From NCBI RefSeq assembly GCF_004010195.1, contig NC_057718.1, positions 78,232,935-78,296,934 on the forward strand: a stretch of 64,000 nt of DNA, given 5' to 3'. The position numbers were made by a program, and so were the translations under genes. The notes under the pieces were generated by a model. It was not told the origin of the DNA. It did no database searches and saw only the letters and a program-made list of their open reading frames with translations. Within the stretch, counting starts at the first letter, position 1. Each line of letters begins with the position of its first letter. The DNA is from Chiloscyllium plagiosum. Lineage: Eukaryota. Of the stretch, positions 1-10,590 are shown piece after piece.

Positions 1-190
1 GGAAGTGGTGGAGGCTGGTACAATTGCAATATTTAAGAGGCATTTGGATGGGTTTATGAATAGGAAGGGTTTGGAGGGATATGGGCCAGGTGCTGGCAGG
101 TGGGACTAGATTGGGTTGGGATATCTGGTCGGCGTAGACGGGTTGGACCGAATGGGTCTGTTTCCATGCTGTCCATCTCTAAGACTCTGT
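1..190 (+). mobile_element. CR1/HER1-type LINE 3' end
   Basis: Same 3' UTR as other CR1 copies in the window (ggaagtggtggaggctggtacaatt...ctgtttccatgctgt). Confidence 0.8.
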
Positions 191-947
191 CTATTATATG
201 GTACTTCATCAATATCTTTTGAAAATCCTTACACACATCAACTATGTTAACCTCAGACTATTATATTACCTCAGAGCACAAAATCCAGTTAGTCAAATTT
301 GCTTTTAATAAATTTTCTCCACAGATACTTCCAGGTCGACTGAGTATCTCCAAGATTTTGTTTAGTACAAATTCTCTCCATCTACAGTATTTTACTTTTG
401 ACTTTATCAAATCTGTACTGTTTATTAGTCCAGAATTTTCTAAATGGAGATTAATTGACCTATAGATTATTGTTTTTAGATGACCAAATCAATGTTCAAA
501 ATGAATAATATTAAATTACAAATCTCATGTAAGTAAATAATCCTGAACACCCTCATACCTACACCCCTCAAACCTTAAACCCTTTCTTCAGCCTCCAACA
601 GATAACATAAGTGGTTACAACTTCCATAAAAAACACACTTACACATTTAAACAATTCAAGATTTATAGCTATTTTAATTAGCTTGTTCAGTTATATTATG
701 GGGCATACGGGATTTGGATATCTGGCCCAGATGTCAGGACACCATTACTGCATCAGAACATCCACTGCTGAGCCTTATAACCTGAATAATTGACAGTTCA
801 GTTACAATTAAATCCCAGCAAGGATCAGAAGCCTGAAGTGTTAAACAACTGAACCTTAGTAATCATGATTCAGAGATGCCGGTGTTGGACTGCGGTGTAC
901 AAAGTTAAAAATCACACAACACCAGGTTATAGGTTTAATTGGAGGCA

Positions 948-982
948 CACTAGCTTTCGGAGCGACGCTCCTTCATCAGGTG
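948..982 (-). ncRNA. Minimal type I hammerhead ribozyme motif (Penelope-associated)
   Basis: Minus strand reads cac-CUGAUGA-A-GGAGC-guc-GCUCC-GAAA-G-CUA-gug: intact core, perfect stem II, palindromic AGCU stem III, 3-bp stem I. Confidence 0.72.
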
Positions 983-1448
983 ATTGTGGAGGGCTCGATC
1001 GTAACACAGAATATATAGCAAAAATTTGCAGTGTGATGTAACATTACAGGTGATCACCATTACACTACACACACACACTCTCACATGCACACGGACACAG
1101 ATACACACACCCTTATAGACACACAGACTCCCACACATGCACCCCTTCACAGACTTAAGACACTCTGCACTCACTACACACACACACACNNNNNNNNNNN
1201 NNNNNNNNNNNNGGGGGCCAACACCTTCAACATATTGTCTAGCTATCACCATTGTTAACAGCTAACCCGAGAATGCAACTTTAAAAAAAAGGTTTTGTGA
1301 TTTACACATGAAAGAAGTGAAACTATCACTGTATTCTAACAGATGAAAGGCTTAACATACAATCAATTCTTCAATGTATAATTTCAGTTACATCACACTG
1401 CAAATTTTTGCTATAAATTCTGTGTGTTAGAATTGAGCCCTACACTAT

Positions 1449-1483
1449 CACCTGATGAAGGACCGTCGCTCTGAAAGCTAGTG
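1449..1483 (+). ncRNA. Minimal hammerhead motif with a degenerate stem II
   Basis: cac-CTGATGA-A-GGACC-gtc-GCTCT-GAAA-G-CTA-gtg. Confidence 0.6.
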
Positions 1484-1830
1484 TGCTTCCAATTAAACCT
1501 GTTGGACTATAACCTGGTGTTGTGTGATTTTTAACTTTGAACCTTAGTAATGGTGGCGTTCACTCAGGAAGCAGTAAGGCTAAAGAGAGAAAGCTCCCAC
1601 AAAGGCCCGATGTTGTCATATGATTAGTGTCTACGTGCCAATCCTCCATAGCTACACAAATACACAACAGTCACTCATCTCAAAACCTCAATAAACTTAT
1701 AGGCGATACGTGACAACGACGAAAGTCGTGATTTCCAGTAATGTAGCCGAACCTTCAGTAACGCCTGCCGCCCGCCGGATCACACGCGTAACTTCGTCGT
1801 GCCTGAGGCGTGGCCAAGCCCAGCCTCATT

Positions 1831-2119
1831 GTCATGTGACTAGGATGGGGCAGAACTCAGCCTCTCTGAACGATGTGACGACGATAGGGCTGAACCCAGA
1901 CTCGAAGAGTCACGTGAATAGGAGGAAGGGCGAGCACGGCCTCGCCGAATCATGTGACTAGGAGGAGAGGCTCATCCGGCATCGGCGCGTGATGTGACTA
2001 GGAGGTGGGGCTAACCCGGCCCCCCTGAGTCACGTGACCAGGAGGTGGGGCTAACCTGCCCCCGCTGAGTCTTGTGATCTCGGAGGTGGGGTTTACCCGG
2101 CTTCACTGAGTCATGTGAC
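1831..2119 (+). promoter_or_regulatory. Tandem array of eight ~40-bp units, each with a CLEAR/M-box (E-box)-type site followed by a G-rich box
   Basis: 10-mers at 1831 GTCATGTGAC, 1870 ACGATGTGAC, 1909 GTCACGTGAA, 1949 ATCATGTGAC, 1989 GTGATGTGAC, 2029 GTCACGTGAC, 2069 GTCTTGTGAT and 2110 GTCATGTGAC; unit consensus approx. GAGTCAYGTGACTAGGAGGTGGGGCTAACCCGGCCCCNCT. Confidence 0.88.
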
Positions 2120-2195
2120 GGGGGCCACAGGGTACCCGTTGCAGGAGCAGGCCTCGTTAGTATTGTCCGGTGGGAGTCTCTGTTAACGGGTGGAA

Positions 2196-2317
2196 ATGAT
2201 GGCCCGTGTAGTGCCGTTTGGGTCTCTCCGAGCGGTGAAGTGGTTGCTCCTTGCCGTTTGTTGTGTGTGGAGCGGTGCGCAGGCTGACGATGTTCGTGTT
2301 TACCCGGAGCTATGCGG
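2196..2317 (+). CDS. IGF2R: IGF2R coding exon 1: signal peptide and start of domain 1 (MMARVVPFGSLRAVKWLLLAVCCVWSGAQADDVRVYPELC-G)
   Basis: ATG ATG at 2196/2199 inside a CpG island; hydrophobic signal peptide ending in AQA; PELC matches mammalian IGF2R (FPELCSYTWEA); donor GG|GTGAGT at 2318, phase 2, joins exon 2 in frame. Confidence 0.93.
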
Positions 2318-3809
2318 GTGAGTCTGGCCCTGTCACCCCACTGCCCAAGCGGCTCAGCAGCTCCAACCTGCTCTGGAGCTGCTGGTCATTCAATCGCCGC
2401 TGCCTTCCGCTCGCTTTAACCGGGCATCGGGCCTGCTGCCAAGTGTCTGCGTGGAGCCCGGCCGGTACCAAACCAGGAACTGCCCCTGGCGCTGGCTGAT
2501 TAGGAAAAAACAAACTCCGGGAGAGAGCGAGGCGTGTTCGGCTGCTGCTTGGTCATCTTGAGGCGGGATGGGCTGAAAACTCTGTCGTTGAAATCAGTTT
2601 TAGTCAATAAATGGTTTCAGTGGTCAATTTCTCTGCTCTGGCGGGCCTCGTCGTACCTCAGTGAGGGCTATTGTTGGCCTTATCTTTGGGTCAGATGGTT
2701 GTGGGTTCAAAATATCGGTGACAGTTCCAGTGATTTGGCTAAGGTGCTGCCCCTACCCCTTCTCATGAGTGATCCTGTGAGTTGCTTTGAAGAGGATCAG
2801 GCGTGTCATGTGACTTGTCCACTATTTACCACTCACCTTATCGCTAAAATGGATGAGCTGGTCGTTGTCACCTTGTTTATTAGGCCTCGTGAATTGTCTG
2901 TACGTGAATTTGTTTGCTATGTTTGACAGTATAATGCTAACCAAATGCAAAAGCATTTTGTCTGCGAAATGCTGTGCGATGCTTTGCAATCGAGATGCAA
3001 TTATAATATAACTTTCTGACTAAATGCAATTTAGGTGATTTAAGCTGTGTGCTTCAAGTCAATTATAGAGTCCGTACTGTGTGGATGCAGGCCAGTTGAC
3101 CTGTAGAATTCACTCTGACCGTCAAAATGGCTAATCTGCCCAATTTGCACATTCCTGGGCATGATGGGCAATTGAGCATACCAATCCTGCACATCTTTGG
3201 ACTGTGAGGAAACTGGAGCACACAGATGTGTGCCCCCAAGTAAAACCACTCTGGTGGGCTAAATCTGAATAGTTCAATTTCTATAGATGTATAACTTCAA
3301 TTTGACAGATGACTTCCACTTCATCCTCCTCCATTTTTCACTGCCTGTTTCTGCCAACAATTCCTGTGTTATGCAAAAATCTAAAACTAGAGCATAACTA
3401 TTGAATGGTCATCTCTGAATACAGCAGGATCTTGATCATATTAGCCAATGTGCTGAGGAGTTGCAGATGGAGTTTAATTTAGATAAATGCTCTTCAAAAG
3501 GATTCTGGGTAATTAAGATGGAGGATGGGAAAAATGGCTGAGGCTGCTCCTTTTTATTGAGAGACTTTAGGTGTTGGATGCGATTTCTTCAAATTCCTGG
3601 AGCAGCAATTACTGTTTTGTATGCTGTTGTATTGTTTTGGAACTTTGGAAAAGTGGTGGGACCCAGGGAGACAGTGAGGAAAGAGCCTGGTGCAGTTGAA
3701 AAGAGAAGAGTCAAACAAGGACAAAGCAGAAAAGAAGGTAGGATTGATAAATTATTTAAATGCAAGAAGCCAACAAGGAAGCCAACTGGGATATCATAGC
3801 AATACAGAA

Positions 3810-6465
3810 ACATAGCTCAGGGATGGACAGGATTGGCAGCTTAATGTTCCAGGATACAAATGCTACAGGAAGGACAGAAAAGGAGGCAAGAGAGGAGGGA
3901 GAGTGGTGTTTTTGATAAGGGATAGCCTTACAGCTGTAATGAGGGAGGATATTCCTGAAAAGACATCCAGGGAAGTTATTTGGGTTGAATGGAGAAATGA
4001 GAGATGATCACCTTATTGGGATTGTATTTTAGACCCCCTAGAAATCAGAGGGAAATTGAGAAACAGATTTATAAGGAGATCTATTATCTGTAAGAATAAT
4101 AGGATGGTTATGGTAGTGGATTTTAACTTTCCAAACGTTGACTGGTACTGCCATAGTGTTAAGGGTTTAGATGGAGAGGAATTTAAGTGTACAAGAAAAT
4201 TTTCTGATTCAGTATGTGGATGTACATACAAGAGAAGGTGCAAAACCTGACCTACTCTTGGGCAGGTGACTGAGGTCAGTGGGGAGCACTTTGGGGCCAG
4301 CGACCATAATTCTATTAGCTTTAAAACAGTGATGGAAAAGGTTAGACCAACCAAAAAGTTGAAGTTCTAAGTTGGAGGTAGGTGAATTTTGATGGTATTA
4401 GCCAAAACTTTCAAAAGCTGTTTGGGGGCAGATGTTCGCAGGTAAAGGGATGGCTGGAAAATGGGAAGCCTTCAGAAATGAGATAATGAGAATCCAGAGA
4501 AAGTATATTCGTGTTAGGGTGAAAGGAAACGCTGTTAGGTGCAGGGAATGCTGGATGATTAAAGAAATTGAAGGTTTGGTTAAGAAAAAGGAAGCATATG
4601 TCAGGTATAGACAGGATAGATCAAGTGAATCCTTAGAGTATAATGGCAGTAGGAGTATACTTCAGAGGGAAATCAGGAGCACAAAAAGGAGACATGAGAT
4701 AGCTTTGGCAAATAGGGTTAAGGAGAATCCAAAGGGTTTTTACAAATACATTAAGGACAAAAGGGTAACTAGGGAGAGAATAGGGCTCCTCAAAGATCAG
4801 CAAGGCAGCCTTTGTGTGGAGCTGCAGGAGATGGGGGAGATAATAAATGAATATTTTGCATCAGTGTTTATTGTAGAATAGGGCTTGGAAGATGCGAAAT
4901 GTAGGGAGATAGATGGTGACATCTTGCAAACTGTCTATATTACAGAGGAGAAAGTGCTGGATGTCTTGAAACGCATAAAAATGGATAAATCCCCAGGATC
5001 TGATCAGATGTACCCTAGAACTCTGGGAAACTAAGGAAATGATTGCTGGGCCTCTTACTGAGATATTTGTGCCATCGATAGTCACAGGTGAGGTGCTGGA
5101 AGACTGGAGGTTGGCTAATGTGGTGCCACTGTTTAAGAAGGGTGGTGAGGACAAGCCAGGGAGCTATAGACTGGTGAGCCTAATGTCAGTGGTGGGCAAG
5201 TTGTTGGAGGGAATCCTCCGACAGGACGTACATGTATTTGGAAAGGCAAGGACTGATTCGGGATAGTCAACATGGCTTTGTGCATGGGAAAACTTGATTG
5301 TTTTTTGAAGAAGTAACAAAGAGGATTGAGGGCACAGCGGTGGACGTGGTCTATATGGACTTCAGTAAGGCGTTCAAAGTGGTTCCCCATGGGAGACTGG
5401 CTAGCAAGGTTAGATCTCATGGGATGGAGGGAGAACTAGCCATTTGGCTATAGAACTGGCTCAAAGGTAGGGTGGTGGAGGGTTGTTTTTCAGAATGGAG
5501 AATTGTGACCAGTGGAGTGCTACAAGGATCGGTGCTGGATCCACTACTTTGTTATTTATATCAACGATTTGGATGTGCGCATGAGGTATGGTTAGTAAGT
5601 TTGCAGATGACACCAAAATTGGGGGTGTAATGGACAGCAAAGAAGGTTACCTCGTTACAACAGATCTTGATCAGATGGGCCAATGGGCTGAGAAGTGGCA
5701 GATGGAGTTTAATTTAGATATATGCGCGCTGTTGCATTTTGGGAAAGAAAATCTTAAGGCTTATACACTTAACGGTAAGGTCCTAGGGAGTGTTGCTAAA
5801 CAGACACCTTGGAGTGCAGGTTTATAGGTCCTTGAAAGTGGAGTTGCAGGTAGATACGATAGTGAAGAAGGCATTTGTTATGCTTTCCTTTATTGGTCAG
5901 AGTATTGAGTACAGGGATTGGGAGGTCTTGTTGCGGCTGTACAGGATATTGGTTAGGCCATTTATGGAATATTCATGCAATTCTGGTATCCTTCCTGTTG
6001 GAAGGATGTTGTGAAACTTGAAAGGGTTCAGAAAACACAAAAAAGGATTTTGCCAGGGTTGGAGGGAGAGATTGAACAGGCTAGGGCTGTTTCTCCTGGA
6101 GAGTCGGAGACTGAGGGGTGACCTTATTGAGGTTTATAAAATCGTGAGTGGCATGGATGGGATAAATAGTCTCTTCCCTGGGGTGGGGGAGTCCAGAACT
6201 AAAGGGCATAGGTTTAGGGTGAGGGGGGGAAAGATTTAAAAGACACCAAAGGGCAACCTTTTTCATGCAGAGTGTAGTACGTGTATGGAATGAGATGCTA
6301 GATGAAGTGGATGGCATCATTTAAAAGGCATCTGGATGGGTATATGAACGAGAAGGTTTTGGAAGGATATGGGCCAGGTGCTAGGTGGGACTACGTTGGG
6401 TTGGGATATCTGGTCGGCATGGACAAGTTGGACCGAATGGTCTTTAGATGCTGTACATCTTTGGC
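3810..6465 (+). mobile_element. CR1/HER1 LINE, 5'-truncated, frameshifted ORF2 (endonuclease remnant, RT) plus 3' UTR
   Basis: ORF fragments DFNFPNVDW, KENPKGFYKYI, EDWRLANVVPLFKKG, SKFADDTKIGG, RLRGDLIEVYKI. Confidence 0.92.
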
Positions 6466-7160
6466 GCTCTCTCTGAGGTGGGTTCAAACTAATTCAGCAG
6501 GGTGGATGGAAACCCAAATTGTACTTCGAATGTACAGAGCTTGAGTCGTGAGGTCGTGAATAAGGTTTCAAGTTTGCAAGGGGGCACCGGCAAGGAAGAG
6601 TTTGGTTTGAAGTGTGTCTACTTCAATGTTAGGAGCATCCGGGATAAGATGCGTGAACTTGCAGCATGGGTTGGTACCTGGAATTTCGATGTTGTAGCCA
6701 TTTCGGAGGTATTGGTAGAGCGGGAACAGGATTGGTTGTTGCAGGTTCTGGGATTTAGATGTTTCGGGAAGAACAGAAGATTGTAAAAAGTAGGCGGGGG
6801 GACAGTTGGCATCGTTAGTCAAGGTCAGTATTACAGTTGCAGAAAGGATGTTTGAGGACTCATCTACTGTGGTAGTATGGGCTGAGGTTAGAAATGGGAA
6901 AGGAGAGATCACACTGGGAATTTTCTATAGGCCTACGAATAGTTGCACAGATGGAGCAAGTGTGATGGCAGTTATAGGGGACTTAACTTTCCAAATATTG
7001 ACTGGAAATACTATAGTTTGTGTTCTTTAGATGGGGCAGTTTTTGTCCAATGTGTGCAGGATGGTTTCCTGTCACAGTATGTAGTCAGGCCAGCAAGGGG
7101 CGAGGCCATATTATATTTGGTACAGGGTAATGAGCCCAGCCAGATGTTAAATTTTGAGTC

Positions 7161-7471
7161 TTAGATTAGATTACTTAGTGTGGAAACAGGCCCTTCGGCC
7201 CAACAAGTCCACACCGACCCGCCGAAGCGTAATCCACCCATTCCCCTACATTTACCCCTTTACCTAACACTACAGGCAATTTAGCATGGCCAATTCACCT
7301 GACCTGAACATCTTTGGAGTGTGGGTGGAAACCGGAGCACCCGGAGGAAACCCACGCAGACACGGGGAGAATGTGCAAACTCCACACAGTCAGTCGTCTG
7401 AGGCGGGAATTGAACCCGGGTCTCTGGCGCTGTGAGGCAGCAGTGCTAACTACTGTGCCAATGTGCCGCCC
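7161..7471 (-). mobile_element. Full-length HE1/V-SINE-type tRNA-derived SINE
   Basis: Minus strand: gggcggcac...gttagcactgctgcctcacagcgcc...ggttcaattccc head, V-core gtttgcacattctccccgtgtctgcgtgggtttcctccggg, CR1-like tail with (aatct)n. Confidence 0.9.
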
Positions 7472-7600
7472 TTGGTGATAGTGACCACAATTCAGTTATG
7501 TTTACTTTAGTGATGGAAAGAGATAGGTATACACTGCAAGGCAAGAGTTATGGCTGGTAGAAAGGCAATTACGATGCAATTAGGCAAGATTTAGGATATG

Positions 7601-7818
7601 CAGAGCTGGAAATGTGTTGCTGGAAAAGCGCAGCAGGTCAGGCAGCATCCAGGGAACAGGAGAATCGACGTTTCGGGCATAAGCCCTTCTTCAGGCCTGA
7701 AGAAGGGCTTATGCCCGAAACGTCGATTCTCCTGTTCCCTGGATGCTGCCTGACCTGCGCTTTTCCAGCAACACATTTCCAGCTCTGATCTCCAGCATCT
7801 GTAGACCTCACTTTCTCC
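7601..7818. mobile_element. Penelope-derived palindromic insertion with a 14-bp TSD
   Basis: Arms 7601-7695 and 7696-7787, no spacer; TTTAGGATATGCAG at 7590-7603 and 7819-7832. Confidence 0.88.
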
Positions 7819-8175
7819 TTTAGGATATGCAGCAAGGGGGTGGAAACTGCAGGGGATGGGCACAATTGAAATGTGGAGCTTATTCAAGGAAGAGAGCCTT
7901 TCATCCTTGGTGATGGCTAGCACAAGGGGGCATAGCTTCAAATTGAGTCATCTTGGACAGATGTCAGAGGTAGTTTCTTTGCTCAGTACTAAGAGGGTGG
8001 GGTGCACTGTCTGCAATAATAGTAGATTCGCCAACCTGAAAAGCATTTAAATAGTCATTAGATAAACATACGGATGAAAATGGAATAGTGTAACTGAAAG
8101 GGTTTCAGACTGGCTACACAGATCGGCGCAACATCAAGGGCCGAAGGTCCTGTACTGTGCTGTTATATTCTATGT

Positions 8176-8450
8176 TTAAGGTAAGAGGGCAAAGATACAC
8201 AAGGGATGTAAGGGGCAACGTTTTCATGCAGAAGATGGTGAGTGTATTGAATGAACTGCTGGAAAAAGTTAGAGGCTGATATAATTGCAATATTTAGAAG
8301 GCATCTGGATGGGAATATGAATGGGAAGGTTTAGAGGGATTGGGCCAAATGTTGGGAAATAGGACTAGATCAATTTGGGATATTTGGTCGGCATGGATGA
8401 GGTGGACCGAAGAGTCTGTTTCTGTGCTCTATATCTCTGACTGACTCTAT
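8176..8450 (+). mobile_element. CR1 3' end fragment
   Basis: Matches the CR1 3' UTR of other copies. Confidence 0.75.
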
Positions 8451-8495
8451 AACTATTGTAAATAATGCTATCCATTCCTGCGTTTAGAAAATTTG

Positions 8496-8641
8496 ACTGA
8501 AAAGTGATACTGGAAAAGCACAGCCGGTCAGGCAGCATCTCATGCTCAAAACGTTGACTGTCCTAATCCTCGGGCTGTGCTTCTCCAGCGTCACACTTTT
8601 TCATTCTGATCTCCAGCATCTGCCTTCTTCACTTTCTCCTA
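8496..8641. mobile_element. Older Penelope-derived inverted mini-insertion
   Basis: ctggaaaagcacagcc...ggctgtgcttctccag inverted pair; TSD-like tagaaaatttg (8485) / tagaatatttg (8642). Confidence 0.65.
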
Positions 8642-9779
8642 TAGAATATTTGGTCAATGTTCAGACCCTGGATAAGTGATAGATTACATTCATGCCATAT
8701 AAGTGCCAGGCAGCAACATGAAATTGTAATTGTGAACCCTTGATAAATTGAGGTATTGTCACTGCTAATGGCCTACCATCAACATCCTATAGGCTGCAAC
8801 TAACCAGAAATTTATCTGGAGTAACCATATATCACCGTGGCTAGGCGAATAGGCCAGAAGATGGGATCTCATCAACTGACTCTTCAAAAACAGTTCAGTG
8901 TCAAAAAAGCACAGGTCAGGTGTGCAATGGAATACTGCTCACTTAACTGAATAAGAGTAACTTGAGTAATAGAGGCATCCAAGACAGCCTGCTTGGTTGG
9001 CATTCCATTCGCTATCTTAATTCTTTCCCTTCACTGGAAAGCCATGGCAGTGCGTACAAGATGAATTAAAACAACTTTCAGGTTCCATTATCCTTAGTGC
9101 ACTCACTTCATAGTATTGCCAACATTTTCTGTTTTTAGTTTAGATATTCCTAACACTATGGTGTTTTCCTTCCTCTAAGTATTGCTAAATGTTCTGTGAT
9201 TGAGTTTTTGGATTGGAAAACCGAACAATCGGGTCTTTGAAAGTACAATTTAAAAAAAATTCTAGACACATTTCTAGTGTTGAATGATGTGGATTCATTT
9301 TCGTTGAGAATAAAGTGGTGCTCATAATGCATTTTACTTTATCTCAAATTTAAAGTTGAAATACAAACCAATCATAACTTGGGTTAAGTAAATTATTCAC
9401 CATTGTTCACACTACAGGCTGATATTGATAAGGGAGTTACAAGGTTCATGCCAATATTTAAATTCCACCTGAGTTTTGCTATTTTGCCCCCTTTTTTTTT
9501 TTTGCAAAATGACACAACCCAATAGCTTATGCAGTAATGATTTGGAATATTTTAGAATAATGCTTTGGATCCAAAAGTGAGCACATTGTTCCTGTTACAA
9601 TTATTTGCACTTGCATAGAGTGCTAAACATGCTCAAACCTCCAGGAGTTTTATTGAATAAGATTTGTCATTACAAAGAGGTTTTAAGGGACATCATAAGA
9701 GGTCAGTGAATTCAAAATTGTCGTATTCCGGAGCCTGGGACATAGGCAGCTGAAGACATTGTTAATGGTGAATTAACAC

Positions 9780-10590
9780 CAGGTTGTAGTCCATTGGGTT
9801 TACTTAAAATCACAAGCTTTTGGAGCACTGCTCTTTTCTCAGGTGAGGAGAGAGAAGCACAATTACAGGATTTATAGGCAGAGCATTCAAAAGATTATGC
9901 AAAATGGTGTGAGTGGGATGTCTATTAAGTCTCTGCAGGCTCGATGGTGAGAGTAATGTGTCAATAGGTGAATAACAAGTCAAGGGATGACCTAAATCCA
10001 ATTAAATGAGGCACAGACCATTAAAATATATATTGCTGGAGACAAACCAAATAACTCTAATAACGTGATAGGTATGAAGAGTCACATGCTGAGCGTCTAA
10101 CCAAAGTAATAAGTAATCAAAAACTGTACAAATTAAGGTAGACAGCATCCAGGGAACAGGAGATTCGACGTTTCGGGCACAGGCCCTTCTTCAGGAATGT
10201 GAAGAGTCACATGCTGAGCGTCTAACCAAAGTAATAAGTAATCAAAAACTGTACAAATTAAGGTAGAGAGATCATAACTTATCAAGATGATGGTGTTAAA
10301 ACAGGACAGGAAGGAATATTTTACAGAAGTGTGGTGGGGTCATTTAGCATGACATGAACCAACCTCAGTTGAGGCCATCTTCGTGGGTACTGAACTTGAC
10401 TATCCATTTCTGTTCGATGATTCTGCGCTGTGTATCTCAAAGGTCGCTTGGAGGGTGCTTACCTGAAGATTGGAAGCTGAATGTTCTTGACCACGGAAGT
10501 GTTCCCCAACTGGGAAGGAACATTCCTGTCTGGTGATTGTTGCGCAGTGTCTATTTATGCATTGTAGTGTCTGCATTGTCTCGTCAATGG
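9780..10590 (-). mobile_element. Penelope-like remnant (GIY-YIG endonuclease C-terminus and 3' end)
   Basis: Minus strand gives ETMQTL...PVGEHF...EQKWIVKFSTHEDGLN; degenerate hammerhead near 9811-9845. Confidence 0.7.
10163..10198 (-). ncRNA. Minimal hammerhead ribozyme motif within a 57-bp insert
   Basis: Minus strand: auuc-CUGAAGA-A-GGGC-cugu-GCCC-GAAA-C-GUC-gaau; all stems intact, GUC triplet. Confidence 0.75.

Larger units (their letters stand above)
864..1537. mobile_element. Penelope-like insertion with inverted termini, two hammerhead motifs and a 14-bp target-site duplication (TSD); contains an assembly gap at 1190-1211
   Basis: ~900-1042 is the reverse complement of ~1387-1539; TGAACCTTAGTAAT at 850-863 and 1538-1551; CA-rich interior. 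Confidence 0.8.
1700..2660. promoter_or_regulatory. CpG island spanning the IGF2R promoter, exon 1 and start of intron 1; no TATA box evident
   Basis: Visibly dense CG dinucleotides and high GC compared with the CpG-poor remainder of the window. Confidence 0.88.
6470..8175 (+). mobile_element. Second CR1-subfamily fragment (endonuclease region and 3' end), interrupted by a SINE and a Penelope palindrome
   Basis: LKCVYFNVRSIRDK...FDVVAISE; NFPNIDW...FVQCVQDGFLSQYV.RP.RGEAIL. Confidence 0.8.

Noticed and set aside
1831..2119. CRISPR-like appearance (short conserved palindromic motif with regular spacing)
   Set aside because: Spacers are homologous to each other, the motif is only 10 bp, the context is a vertebrate promoter and no cas genes are present; it is a diverged minisatellite
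1710..2926. ORFs 1710..1961, 2251..2499, 2310..2513 and 2534..2926
   Set aside because: By-products of the GC-rich island and repeat array; the real exon 1 is in a different frame (2196-2317)
7400..7471. tRNA-like A/B-box sequence in SINE heads
   Set aside because: tRNA-derived SINE promoter, not a tRNA gene; continues into the SINE core
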